Shown: in pieces, positions 8,135 to 17,610 of the stretch
Layout: each line of letters opens with the position of its first letter
Numbering within the stretch: the stretch's first letter is position 1
DNA from: an uncultured Desulfobacteraceae bacterium
Lineage (GTDB): Bacteria; Desulfobacterota; Desulfobacteria; Desulfobacterales; UBA11574
Reading direction: 5' to 3'
NCBI GenBank assembly: GCA_964591175.1
Contig: CAZQAF010000003.1
Coordinates: 8,514 to 72,513 of the forward strand
Length of the DNA stretch: 64,000 bases
Made by a program: the position numbers and the translations under genes
The notes under the pieces: model-generated
What the model saw: only the letters and a program-made list of their open reading frames with translations
What the model was told of the DNA's origin: nothing
Database searches by the model: none

Positions 8135-8572
8135 ATCTCTCCTCAGACAACACTGGCGTTCATGGTGCACTCTGCCATGAATACCGGTGCTCATTTAATT
8201 TATTGGAATCGTACGTAACTTTGATGATTCCCTATAGAATCATCATTTTATTGGAAGCCAAATCTGGATCGTCTCCCGAGTTTCCCGGTGACAATTAAAA
8301 AGGAAGTCGCCGAAAATCGATTGCAGAAAAAACATCGAAGTCAGATTTTTCAAATGGCGAAAATATTACTGTGAGAATAATGCAAAAATCATGCAAAATT
8401 AGGCTGATTTTTTGATTCCTTTTATTTCAGATAGTTAGCATAGACAGCGTGAATGCGGAGAATATATTTGGGAAATGAATACCATATTTCCTGTTACATA
8501 CATTACATAGTGAGTAATTTAGGTAACAGGGTGAGAAGGGGTATCTGATTGGAAAAGCCGGCGATCCATAAG

Positions 8573-8971
8573 TTATCTTTCCCACCGACTGCCGCCGACA
8601 TTTTTTAGATCAATATACTGAACCGTTCCTCGTTCATTGATAAATGAAGTCAGAAGCCAACTGACCAAACTGATCAATAGCGATCCAAACACGGCGGACC
8701 AGAATCCGGAAACCTCAAAGCCGGGTATCACGCCGGAAACCATCATCAGCATCAATGCGTTGATCACAAAGGTAAAAAGTCCCAAACTCAGTATATTGAC
8801 CGGGAGGGTCAATATGAACAAGATCGGCCGAAAAAAAGCATTCAGTATTCCCAAAATTGCAGCGGCAAAAAATGCGGATACAAAGCCGCTGACCTGAATC
8901 CCGTCAATCAAATATGATGTCGCGATGATTGAAAATGTCAGGATCAACCATCTCAGAAAAATTCCTTTCAT
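8573..8971 (-). CDS. DUF360 / phage-holin-4-like small membrane protein
   Basis: MKGIFLRWLILTFSIIATSYLIDGIQVSGF plus three further TM segments, the pattern of the YvlD/DUF360 family. Confidence 0.6.
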   Translation of the reverse strand: MKGIFLRWLILTFSIIATSYLIDGIQVSGFVSAFFAAAILGILNAFFRPILFILTLPVNILSLGLFTFVINALMLMMVSGVIPGFEVSGFWSAVFGSLLISLVSWLLTSFINERGTVQYIDLKNVGGSRWER

Positions 8972-9057
8972 TGTATTTTCCCCAAAAAATATATTTCCGA
9001 CCGCTGTCATCAGGGATGTCTGGCAAATATTCGCTCGCGAAACACGAGTTTAATGTT

Positions 9058-9540
9058 TTAATCGCCCAGTTTCTTTGCCAGTTCCGCCACTCTCCGGCCC
9101 AGTTTGATACCATTTTCAAGAATGCCACTGTCCGGCGCGCCGACACAGGCTGTTCCGAAATGTCCGGTGGCGGACATGGGATCCCCCACAATCACCATTC
9201 CGTAGATCAACATCACCTGGATGATGGACATCATGGTGGTTTCCTTTCCGCCCGAAGGATCCGCGGATGTTGCAAAAGCAGCGCCGATCTTACCCTCCAT
9301 CTTTTTCCGGATGCCCACAAATTCGTCGAAAATCTTCTTGAGCTGGGCCGCCATGATCCCGAAATAGACCGGAGAACCGGCAATAATTCCGCCTGATGAT
9401 ACAAAATCCTCTTTGGTGACGTCATTGGTATGTTTCAATACGCCATGAACACCTTCGACACTTTCAACCCCTTTGAGGATCGCTTCAGCCAGTTTTTTAG
9501 TGTTGCCGCCCTTAGAAAAATAAAGAACCAAAATTTGCAT
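9058..9540 (-). CDS. Flavodoxin-fold FMN protein (WrbA / NAD(P)H-dependent FMN reductase-like)
   Basis: MQILVLYFSKGGNTKKLAEAI and GSPVYFG are flavodoxin-like signatures. Confidence 0.7.
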   Translation of the reverse strand: MQILVLYFSKGGNTKKLAEAILKGVESVEGVHGVLKHTNDVTKEDFVSSGGIIAGSPVYFGIMAAQLKKIFDEFVGIRKKMEGKIGAAFATSADPSGGKETTMMSIIQVMLIYGMVIVGDPMSATGHFGTACVGAPDSGILENGIKLGRRVAELAKKLGD

Positions 9541-9634
9541 TTAAAGCCTCCTTGACACATTGTATGAAACCGGCACAAACATTTTCGCCGCCAGCCGATG
9601 CCATTGACGATAACACCTTTAAATAGAGGACGGT

Positions 9635-10102
9635 TCAATCATCATAAATTTTCCAATAAGGTTTTTCGCTTTCCCATTTTTCGAGTATTTCCCGGGGTGG
9701 ACGAACGACGACGGCCTTGCATTCGGCCGTGAGGGTTCCGTCGGAAAGACGGATCTCTGAAGCAACCTGAGCCCGGCTGGCGGTCTGTTTGATCACCCAA
9801 CCGATAACCGTCAGCGGGGTATTGGTCGGGGTCGGACGGCGAAAGGTCACTTCGAGTTTCAACGCTACCATTAACGCATCCTCGCCGTTTTTCAACATAA
9901 CGGCGCGTCCGGATGTTTCATCCAGTATTGCCGAAACAATACCCCCGTGAACCACTCCCGGATAGCCGTTGAACTGCTCCGGAACCGTCACCGTCGACCG
10001 CACCTGACGGGCCTGATGATCTTCGTACCATTTCATCTTCAGCGACAATTCATTCTCAAGGCCGCACAGAAAACAACCGCGGGAATTTTTCTGTTTCCGC
10101 AT
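9635..10102 (-). CDS. PaaI/hotdog-fold acyl-CoA thioesterase
   Basis: GVVHGGIVSAILDETSG is the hotdog thioesterase core. The protein is 155 aa. Confidence 0.7.
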   Translation of the reverse strand: MRKQKNSRGCFLCGLENELSLKMKWYEDHQARQVRSTVTVPEQFNGYPGVVHGGIVSAILDETSGRAVMLKNGEDALMVALKLEVTFRRPTPTNTPLTVIGWVIKQTASRAQVASEIRLSDGTLTAECKAVVVRPPREILEKWESEKPYWKIYDD

Positions 10103-10376
10103 TTTTCCTCCTTAGACGTTAATGCGCCACTATAATATTCACATGTTTGTTAAAGGTCAAGCCCGGACGGCTCGTCTTGAGGTCTGGTATCGAAAAATAT
10201 CTTTTGGCAACAAGTCAGGCTCTTGTTTCTATCGGAGCGTTCTTAAAGTAGAAAAATCGATATAGCGGGGAAGCGCTCCTTTACATAAAAATCAAAAACG
10301 TGCAGATATAATTGTGCATCGTGCCTTAAAATTTGCCATCATTTTATCTTTATGATAGTTGTTTTTTATAAAACCT

Positions 10377-12128
10377 ATGAGAGAACAGCCCACATATAAC
10401 CAAATTTTTAATGCGACATCAAACGGCATCATTGCAACGGATGTATTGGGAACGATTGTTTACATCAATCAACAGGCTGAAGAAATACTGGGTTGCAGCG
10501 CCAAAAAGCACAGCGGCGTTTTTATTTCCGAGCTTCTCCCCGTCACGGGGCCCCAAGTCCTGGAATGCCTTAAAACCGGCAGGTCCAATTGGGGCCACCA
10601 TGTTATCGGAGAAAAGCTCGATATGGCGCTCAATATTACCTTGATTCGCAGGGGGAAAAAGCTATTGGGGGCCGTTTGCAATTTCCATGACATGAAGCAA
10701 TTTAAAATTTCGCCGGACGAACTGGCGTCGAGCAGTTATCTGAATCAGCAACTGAAAACCATTTTTAAAGCGTCTCACGATGGCATCTGGGTCTGCGACG
10801 GACAAGGCAAAGTGATTGACGTCAATGAAGCCTCTGAAAAACTCAATGGAATTCATGCATCGGATATCATCGGCAAAAATGTGGTCGATCTCGTAAAAGG
10901 CGGTCTGTTCGATCGCTCGGTAACCCTGGAAGTACTTGAAACCAAACGTCAGGTCAGCGTCATCCAAAAAATAAAACGGACGGAGAAACTTTTGCTGGCC
11001 ACCGGCACACCGGCCTTTGACGATAATGGCCGCATCTTTCTTGTGGTGGTCAATGAGCGGGATATGACCCAATTGAACGCCATCCAAAAACAGCTTGAGC
11101 AGTCCCGTATGGTCACGGAAAAATATAAGGACAAACTGGCTGAACTCAGCCTTATGGAATTAAAAGATCAGGAGATTGTGGCTGAAGATCAAAAGATGCG
11201 CCAAGTTCTGCACCTTGCTTTAAAACTGGCCCATCTTGCGGCATCGGATATATTGATCCTGGGAGAGTCCGGAACCGGCAAAGGGCTTCTGGCCAAGTTT
11301 ATTCATAAAAACAGCAATCGAATCAAGAAACCTTTCATCCAGATCAACTGTGCCACTTTGCCCGAAAACTTGTTAGAGGCTGAACTATTCGGCTATGAAA
11401 AAGGAGCGTTTACCGGTGCACGGCAAGAAGGAAAAGCCGGCCTATTTGAACTGGCCCACGAAGGGACTCTTTTCCTCGACGAAATCGGGGATTTGCCGCA
11501 TTCTCTCCAGGCAAAATTATTGAAATATCTGGATGATCACGAGGTGATGCGTTTGGGGGGGCTTAAATCCAAGAAAATTGACTGCACGATTATTGCCGCT
11601 ACGAATCGAGACATCGAGCGTCTGGTTCAAGAAAAACGGTTTCGAAGGGATCTTTTTTTCCGGCTTAACACATTTACCATAAGAATTCCGCCGCTTCGGG
11701 AAAGAATCGAGGATATTTTTGAACTGGTGAGCTTTTATATGAAAAAATATGGCCAAACATACGGCTTAAACCGGCGGATCTCTCCGGATGCCCTAAAATT
11801 ATTGCAGGACTATCCGTTTCCGGGAAACGTTCGGGAATTGAAAAATGTTATTAAAAAGGCTGTTTTGATGAGTGAAACCCATTTTGTCGATGATGTTATC
11901 TACCAGAGTCTGCCATCAGGTATGTGCACCGTTATGACTTCAGCGGATGATTCGTCTCAGGAAAAAGGACTGGCTGGCCAGATGCTGAACCTGGAAAGGG
12001 AAATTTTACAGCATGCCATGAGATGCTGCGGGACCACCCGCGAAATGGCGCGGTTTTTGAAAATCAGCCAACCCACCATCGTCCGCAAACTCAAAAAACA
12101 TCGTCTATACCGAGAGACGATCCAATAA
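10377..12128 (+). CDS. Sigma-54-dependent transcriptional activator with N-terminal PAS domains
   Basis: Two PAS-like regions are present (SNGIIATDVLGTIVYINQQAEEILG and SHDGIWVCDGQGKVIDVNEASEKLNG). AAA+ motifs are GESGTGKGLLAKFIH, GAFTGA and LFLDEIGDL. There is a C-terminal HTH. The first ATG of the ORF is at 10377. Confidence 0.9.
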   Translation: MREQPTYNQIFNATSNGIIATDVLGTIVYINQQAEEILGCSAKKHSGVFISELLPVTGPQVLECLKTGRSNWGHHVIGEKLDMALNITLIRRGKKLLGAVCNFHDMKQFKISPDELASSSYLNQQLKTIFKASHDGIWVCDGQGKVIDVNEASEKLNGIHASDIIGKNVVDLVKGGLFDRSVTLEVLETKRQVSVIQKIKRTEKLLLATGTPAFDDNGRIFLVVVNERDMTQLNAIQKQLEQSRMVTEKYKDKLAELSLMELKDQEIVAEDQKMRQVLHLALKLAHLAASDILILGESGTGKGLLAKFIHKNSNRIKKPFIQINCATLPENLLEAELFGYEKGAFTGARQEGKAGLFELAHEGTLFLDEIGDLPHSLQAKLLKYLDDHEVMRLGGLKSKKIDCTIIAATNRDIERLVQEKRFRRDLFFRLNTFTIRIPPLRERIEDIFELVSFYMKKYGQTYGLNRRISPDALKLLQDYPFPGNVRELKNVIKKAVLMSETHFVDDVIYQSLPSGMCTVMTSADDSSQEKGLAGQMLNLEREILQHAMRCCGTTREMARFLKISQPTIVRKLKKHRLYRETIQ

Positions 12129-12240
12129 TGAATCGATTATAATTTTAATTATTTGTATTAACTACATTTAAAGTGCTATTATTGTTGATTCATTTTAGCA
12201 TCATATGGCAGTGGCTCGTCCGGGGGTGTTTTGGTGGAAT

Positions 12241-12261
12241 TTTTGATTCAAAATTGAATCG
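12241..12261. promoter_or_regulatory. Palindromic candidate activator-binding site upstream of the gabT sigma-54 promoter
   Basis: TTTTGA-T-TCAAAA is a perfect 13-nt palindrome (12241-12253). It overlaps TGATTCAA-AA-TTGAATCg. The site lies about 85-95 nt upstream of the -24 element. Confidence 0.35.
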
Positions 12262-12336
12262 ACCGGTCCGGTCATCACGCCTCAACAAAACGCCCAAACC
12301 TCTTAAATCCCTCGTATTGTTTCTTGGGGCAAATAT

Positions 12337-12351
12337 TGGAATGGATATTGC
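12337..12351 (+). promoter_or_regulatory. Sigma-54 (-24/-12) promoter for gabT and downstream genes
   Basis: TGGaatGgataTTGCt has exactly the consensus spacing of TGGCACG-N4-TTGC. It lies about 90 nt upstream of the gabT ATG and directly downstream of a sigma-54 activator gene. Confidence 0.65.
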
Positions 12352-12442
12352 TCTGCGTTAATACTTAAACACACTCTTGAAGCGACAATCTTCGTTCAGA
12401 GAAATAAACTTCTTATGCAACCATCAAGCAAGGAGTATTCCG

Positions 12443-13750
12443 ATGACGCATTTTACCAATGATCATTTCGAAAAAATACGGGCCGAATTTATACCGCCCG
12501 GCCACGGGAGTATCACACCCAGCTACGTAGACTCAGCCAAAGGCGCGCTGATCTGGGATGTGGAGGGCAACGAGTTTATCGACTTTGCCGGCGGCATTGG
12601 TGTGATGAATGTCGGCCATTCTCATCCCAAGGTGGTGAAAGCCGTCAAGGATCAGGCGGAAAAATTCACCCATACATGTTTTATGGTGATGCCCTATGCG
12701 CAGACGGTGGAACTGGCCCGGAAGTTATGCAATGCAACGCCGGGATCTTTTGCGAAGTCAGCCCTTTTTATCACCAGTGGAGCTGAAGCGGTTGAAAATG
12801 CGGTCAAAATCGCCCGGTATTCTACCCAAAGACCCGCCGTCATTGCCTTTGAAAACGGCTACCACGGCCGCACACTCTTAACCATGACACTCACCAGCAA
12901 AGTCAAGCCGTATAAGTTCGGATTCGGCCCTTTTGCCCCTGAAATTTACCGGATGCCCTTTGCCTATTGTTATCGCTGCCCCTTCGGCCTTGAGTATCCC
13001 GGCTGTGATGTCGTCTGTGCAGATCATCTTAAAGAATTTTTTATCAGCCATGTCGCCGCTGAAAAAACAGCGGCCGTTATCGCAGAGCCGATAATGGGAG
13101 AAGGCGGTTTTATCACACCGCCGCCGGAATATTTCCCTAAACTGGTCAACATATGCAGGGACCACGGGATTCTGTTTATCGCCGACGAAATTCAAACCGG
13201 CATGGGACGCACCGGCAAGATGTTTGCCATGGAACACTGGAATCTGGCCCCTGACCTTGTGACCGTCGCCAAAAGTCTTGCGGCAGGAATGCCGCTGAGC
13301 GCAGTGGTGGGGAAAAAGGAAATTATGGAAACGGTTCACCCGTTTGGGTTGGGCGGTACTTACGGCGGCAACCCCGTGGCCTGCGCAGCGGGTCTTGCGG
13401 TCATGGAAATTTTTGAACAGGAAAATCTGCTTCAAGCGGCTCAAAATCTGGGCAATAAGGTACGAAAACATTTTGATGACTTTCAACGTGAATACGAATT
13501 TATCGGCGAAGTCCGCGGACTGGGGCCCATGCTCGCCATGGAACTGGTGAAAGACCGGCAAACCAAAGAACCCGCAGCAGACAAAGCCAAGGCGCTGGTC
13601 AAATTCTGCCATGAAAAGGGGTTGATCTTATTGTCCTGCGGCAACTTCGGGAATGTCATTCGAACGCTGATGCCGCTGGTTATCACAGACGAACAGTTGA
13701 ACAGGGGTCTGGCCATTTTAGAAGAAGGCCTCAGGTTTCTTTCAAAATAA
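12443..13750 (+). CDS. gabT: 4-aminobutyrate:2-oxoglutarate aminotransferase (class III PLP aminotransferase)
   Basis: The protein is collinear with my recollection of E. coli GabT. Matching stretches include GGIGVMNVGHSHPKVV, SGAEAVENAVKIAR, GYHGRT, EPIMGEGGF, IADEIQTGMGRTG, TVAKSLAAG, GGTYGGNP and GLILLSCG. An AGGAG RBS precedes the ATG at 12443. Confidence 0.9.
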   Translation: MTHFTNDHFEKIRAEFIPPGHGSITPSYVDSAKGALIWDVEGNEFIDFAGGIGVMNVGHSHPKVVKAVKDQAEKFTHTCFMVMPYAQTVELARKLCNATPGSFAKSALFITSGAEAVENAVKIARYSTQRPAVIAFENGYHGRTLLTMTLTSKVKPYKFGFGPFAPEIYRMPFAYCYRCPFGLEYPGCDVVCADHLKEFFISHVAAEKTAAVIAEPIMGEGGFITPPPEYFPKLVNICRDHGILFIADEIQTGMGRTGKMFAMEHWNLAPDLVTVAKSLAAGMPLSAVVGKKEIMETVHPFGLGGTYGGNPVACAAGLAVMEIFEQENLLQAAQNLGNKVRKHFDDFQREYEFIGEVRGLGPMLAMELVKDRQTKEPAADKAKALVKFCHEKGLILLSCGNFGNVIRTLMPLVITDEQLNRGLAILEEGLRFLSK

Positions 13751-13751
13751 A

Positions 13752-14066
13752 ATGAAAAAAATATCCAAACCCCATTCGCCGGTTTTTGAAAAGATCAAAC
13801 GGTCACTCGACCCTGCTTACAGTTATCTGATCTTTGAAAAGGCCTTTTCATCCGTCGATAAAGATGTGTTTCATAACATCATTTATGGCATTGGGGAGTT
13901 GAATCTGGGAATCTTTGACGCCAAGATTCATCACGACAAACACCTTGGATTATCTTTGCTGGTGGTAAGGATCGATCCAAACAGAGCGGATCATATTATG
14001 CAAGACGTTTTAAATGCCGGAATCCCCGATGATATGACATTTTTTTCCTATGGCAGCCTGATTTAG
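13752..14066 (+). CDS. Hypothetical protein (104 aa), translationally adjacent to gabT
   Basis: The ORF starts 1 nt after the gabT stop. I recognise no motif. Confidence 0.4.
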   Translation: MKKISKPHSPVFEKIKRSLDPAYSYLIFEKAFSSVDKDVFHNIIYGIGELNLGIFDAKIHHDKHLGLSLLVVRIDPNRADHIMQDVLNAGIPDDMTFFSYGSLI

Positions 14067-14118
14067 CGTCTATGCTTTAAAATAAATAAACCACAATGAA
14101 CAAAAGGAGGAGCCATCA

Positions 14119-15378
14119 ATGAAAATTGACATTAAATTTATGGAAAAATTGACCGTGTTCTTTTCAATTGTAGCGCTTGTTGCCGCCTTTTCCCTATTAC
14201 CCGCTCCGGCAGCGGCGGAAAACGTGGTCAAGGTCGGGAACATTATCCCGCTGTCAGGACCCTCGGCATCGGTGGGTCAACAGGGGAAACAGGCCCGTGA
14301 AATGGCGGTTGAAGAGATCAATGCCGCCGGCGGCATCAAGTCATTGGGCGGCGCAAAACTCAAGATGATTTACGCCGACTCCGAATCCAAGCCGGAAAAA
14401 GGCGTGGCTGAAGCCGAACGTCTGATCAACACTGAAAAAGTGAACGTGTTGACCGGCTGCTGGAACTCTGCGGTAACCTATCCGACAACGGCTGTGGCGG
14501 AACGCTACGGCATTCCGTTCATCGTTCCGGTTTCCGTCGCCGATAAAATCACGGAACAGGGTTTCAAGTATGTATTCAGAATTGCAGCAAAAGACAGTTG
14601 GTGGACCCGTGACCAGTTTGCTTTTCTCAAAGACATGGAAAAAGAGTTCAAAACACCGGTGAAAAAACTGGCGTTTGTTTATGAAAACGGCGATTGGGGC
14701 AAAGGATTTGCGAGCCAATGGAAAATCCTGGCTAAAAAAGGAGGGTATAAGGTTGTCCTGGATGAACCATATCCTTCCACAGCCACGGATCTGAGTCCGG
14801 TGGTTCAAAAGATTCGACGCACCAGACCCGATGTGTTGTTGCTGGTATCCAATGCCGCGGATGCGATCCTCTTGACCAATACCTTGGCGGCGTACAAGGT
14901 GAAGCTCAAAGCCGTTATTGCCAGCGGCGGCGGGCATGCGGATCCGTCCTTTTTAAAGGCAACCGGAAAGAATGCCCGGTATCTCTTCGATATTGTCGAA
15001 TGGGAAACCGATGTCAACAAACCCGGCGCCAAAGAAGCCAATGCCAAATTTAAAGCCAAATACGGATACAACCTTGCCGGTGAAGCCGTGGACGCTTATC
15101 TGTCCATGTATGTCCTTAAAGATGCCTTGGAACGGGCCGGGTCTTTAGATCCGGCCAAAATTCGAGAAGCACTGGCCACCACACACTTGACCGGCGGGCC
15201 CGGCATGATCGTCGGCTATAATTCGGTTGAGTTTGACAAGAACGGCCAGAACAAGAATGCGTCTTTGGTCATGGTCCAGATTAACGATATAGGAAAAGGT
15301 CTGGAACGAATTACGGTATGGCCCAAAAGCGCGCGGCGCGCCGGATATACGCCGGTATTTCCAATGCCCAACAAATAA
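14119..15378 (+). CDS. ABC transporter substrate-binding protein, Leu/Ile/Val-binding (LivK-like) family
   Basis: It has a signal peptide (FSIVALVAAFSLLPAPAAA) and the type-I periplasmic binding fold pattern (KVGNIIPLSGPSA, GGIKSLGGAKLK). A GGAGG RBS is present. It is followed by livHMGF-like genes. Confidence 0.85.
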   Translation: MKIDIKFMEKLTVFFSIVALVAAFSLLPAPAAAENVVKVGNIIPLSGPSASVGQQGKQAREMAVEEINAAGGIKSLGGAKLKMIYADSESKPEKGVAEAERLINTEKVNVLTGCWNSAVTYPTTAVAERYGIPFIVPVSVADKITEQGFKYVFRIAAKDSWWTRDQFAFLKDMEKEFKTPVKKLAFVYENGDWGKGFASQWKILAKKGGYKVVLDEPYPSTATDLSPVVQKIRRTRPDVLLLVSNAADAILLTNTLAAYKVKLKAVIASGGGHADPSFLKATGKNARYLFDIVEWETDVNKPGAKEANAKFKAKYGYNLAGEAVDAYLSMYVLKDALERAGSLDPAKIREALATTHLTGGPGMIVGYNSVEFDKNGQNKNASLVMVQINDIGKGLERITVWPKSARRAGYTPVFPMPNK

Positions 15379-15459
15379 TCGACGCCATGTTTATTCAAAC
15401 GAGAGCGTCGTTGGCTGAATGGCGCTCTCTTCTCCTTAGATTGTAATCGAGATGATGAC

Positions 15460-16347
15460 ATGAATTTTATTCTGGAAAGTATACTTAACGGTATTTGTAT
15501 GGGATCGATTTACGGACTGACCGCTTTGGGCCTGACCGTGATTTTCGGTGTCCTCAAGGTGATTAACTTTGCACACGGATCCCTGATCATGGTGAGTATG
15601 TATGTCGCGTATTGGGTCCTCATATATACAGGGGTGCATCCATATCTTTCGCTGATTATCGTCGTTCCGGTCATGTACTTTTTCGGGTATTATCTTCAGG
15701 ACATCGTCATCAAACCCATATTCAAGGCTGAAAAGGATGTTCGTGAGCCGATTACGGTCATTATCGTAACCACCGGCATCTGGTACATCCTGGACAACCT
15801 GACATTGCTGATATTCGGACCCCAATACCGTGGCATTCAGAACAATCCCCTGAGAGGAAAAATGCTGGACATCGGGGATATGTTGATATCCGTCCCAAAA
15901 CTCTGGGGCTTTGTCACCGCGGTGATCACTGCGGCAGCCGTTTACTGGTTTTTGCAAAAAACACGGACGGGCAGAGCTATCCGCGCCACAAGTCTCGACC
16001 GAGAAGCCGCCAGCCTCATGGGCATTAATCAGTTTAAAATCTACAACATTGCTTTTGGCATCGGCACGGCGATTGTCGGCATCTCCGCAGTCACCCTGGT
16101 ACCTTTTTATAATATTTTCCCTTCCGTTGGCGTGCTCTTCGATATCAAAGGATTCATCATTGTGGTGCTCGGGGGATTGGGCAGCATCGGCGGCGCCATT
16201 ATCGGGGGAATTATCATCGGCCTGATCGAATCGATTGCACCCATGTTTATGACCGCCACCTGGGCGGAGGCAATTGTGTACGGTCTTTTTCTGGTGGTAC
16301 TCTTTGTTAAGCCTTCAGGACTGTTTGGTGTAAAATACGACTGGTAG
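15460..16347 (+). CDS. Branched-chain amino-acid-type ABC permease (LivH-like)
   Basis: 295-aa polytopic protein. NFILESILNGICMGSIYGLTALGLTVIFG is the typical LivH N-terminus. Confidence 0.85.
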   Translation: MNFILESILNGICMGSIYGLTALGLTVIFGVLKVINFAHGSLIMVSMYVAYWVLIYTGVHPYLSLIIVVPVMYFFGYYLQDIVIKPIFKAEKDVREPITVIIVTTGIWYILDNLTLLIFGPQYRGIQNNPLRGKMLDIGDMLISVPKLWGFVTAVITAAAVYWFLQKTRTGRAIRATSLDREAASLMGINQFKIYNIAFGIGTAIVGISAVTLVPFYNIFPSVGVLFDIKGFIIVVLGGLGSIGGAIIGGIIIGLIESIAPMFMTATWAEAIVYGLFLVVLFVKPSGLFGVKYDW

Positions 16348-16357
16348 GCATAAACTC

Positions 16358-16567
16358 GAAGCCATCTCTAAATTGGGATTTTCGGTCGAGATCTCCCGCC
16401 AAAAATCCGCGGGACAAGAAAACGAGGCCGACGATCAACCCGCCCCGTCTAACGGGATCTTCGACACGCATACTCAAGTATGTCGAGGACTTGAGATGAA
16501 GGCTCAACGCCGATACTTGTCCGCCTCCGGCGGATCGGACGAAAAGACTTTTTTTAGAGGGCTTCTA
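16358..16567 (+). repeat. MITE-like palindromic repeat, copy 2 (~210 nt, with two internal insertions), between livH-like and livM-like genes
   Basis: Termini are gaagccatctctaaa and tttttagagggcttc. The interior is shared with copies 1 and 3. Extra segments are ctcccgccaaaaatccgcgggac and cttgtccgcctccggcggatc. Track ORF 16373-16588 lies entirely inside it. Confidence 0.85.
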
Positions 16568-16584
16568 ATCGAACAGGAAAGCGT

Positions 16585-17610
16585 ATGACGCGTAAAACGA
16601 TAAACACATCGGCGCTTATTTTACTAGGGATCGTTGCCTTTGGAATACCGCTGGCTCTCCGGAGTCCGACGTATCTCCATATTATCATTTTGCTCTTTTT
16701 CTATGCCTATCTGACGACGAGCTGGAATCTGGTGGGCGGTTTTGCCGGCGTTCTTCCGCTGGGGCATTCCGCTTTTATCGGCATCGGGGCCTATACCTCC
16801 ACCATACTGTCCCTTCAATACGGTATCAGTCCCTGGTTAGGAATGATCGCCGGCGGCTTTTTAGCCGGCATCGTCGGGATCCTTATCGGTCTGCCGACAT
16901 TTAAAATGCGTGGGGCCTATTTTGCTCTGGCGACCATTGCTTTCGGTGAAGGGATTCGCGTCATGGTCGAAAACATCGATACCCTCGGCCCGTTAAATAT
17001 TCGAGGGCCGAGGGGATTGGAGATCCCTCCCACCCATCCTGGATTCGTCAACTTTATGTTTAACACAAAGGAGCCGTACTATTATATTATTCTGGTGATG
17101 CTCATCGGTGTTATCGCTTTTACCTATTTTATTTCACGCTCCAAACTGGGTTATTTTTTAATTGCAGGGGGTGAAGAACCCGAAGCCGCCATGTCGCTGG
17201 GGGTCAACGTCGCGCGGGCCAAGCTTATCGCCATGGCCATGAGCGCCTTTTTAACGGCGCTGGCCGGAACTTTTTACGCCCAATTTACACTCTACATCTA
17301 TCCAAAAAGCGTGATGTCATTGGATCTTTCCTTTGAAATCGCTTTTATCGCACTCATCGGGGGAAGAGGTTCCATCGCCGGACCTGTCCTGGGCGCGCTC
17401 CTTCTCCGGCCGGTGAGCGATTTTTCGCGGATTTACTTCGGTTCTTCCCTGCCGGGGCTTCATCTGATCATTTTCGGTATGGTTCTTATCCTTGTCATGA
17501 TCTTTGAACCCCGTGGTTTGCAGGAACCGCTGCTGAAGGCTTACAATAAGCTTCTTGACAAAATTTTCCAACAAGTTCCCCAGGGAAAGAACGAACATGA
17601 ATATTCTTGA
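16585..17610 (+). CDS. Branched-chain amino-acid-type ABC permease (LivM-like)
   Basis: 341-aa polytopic protein. TSWNLVGGFAGVLPLGHSAFIGIGAY is typical of LivM. Confidence 0.85.
   Translation: MTRKTINTSALILLGIVAFGIPLALRSPTYLHIIILLFFYAYLTTSWNLVGGFAGVLPLGHSAFIGIGAYTSTILSLQYGISPWLGMIAGGFLAGIVGILIGLPTFKMRGAYFALATIAFGEGIRVMVENIDTLGPLNIRGPRGLEIPPTHPGFVNFMFNTKEPYYYIILVMLIGVIAFTYFISRSKLGYFLIAGGEEPEAAMSLGVNVARAKLIAMAMSAFLTALAGTFYAQFTLYIYPKSVMSLDLSFEIAFIALIGGRGSIAGPVLGALLLRPVSDFSRIYFGSSLPGLHLIIFGMVLILVMIFEPRGLQEPLLKAYNKLLDKIFQQVPQGKNEHEYS

Noticed and set aside
8152-8168. Sigma-54-like sequence on the plus strand (TGGcgttcatgGTGCa) near the PEP-CTERM gene start.
   Set aside because: The -12 element is GTGC rather than TTGC, the orientation is away from any plus-strand gene for about 2 kb, and it lies just upstream of, and on the strand opposite to, the minus-strand PEP-CTERM gene.
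12878-13612. Long antisense ORFs inside well-supported genes. Examples are 12878-13612 (opposite gabT), 14341-14937, 32830-33459, 34705-35316, 35587-36456, 37336-37986, 39248-39856, 10662-11087 and 48052-48555.
   Set aside because: Each lies opposite a gene with strong family motifs. Their translations are low-complexity (Arg/Gly/His/Phe-rich) and carry no recognisable motif. This is typical of shadow ORFs in moderately GC-rich coding DNA.
16373-16588. 71-aa ORF between the livH-like and livM-like genes.
   Set aside because: It lies entirely within MITE copy 2. Equivalent frames are not open in copies 1 and 3.
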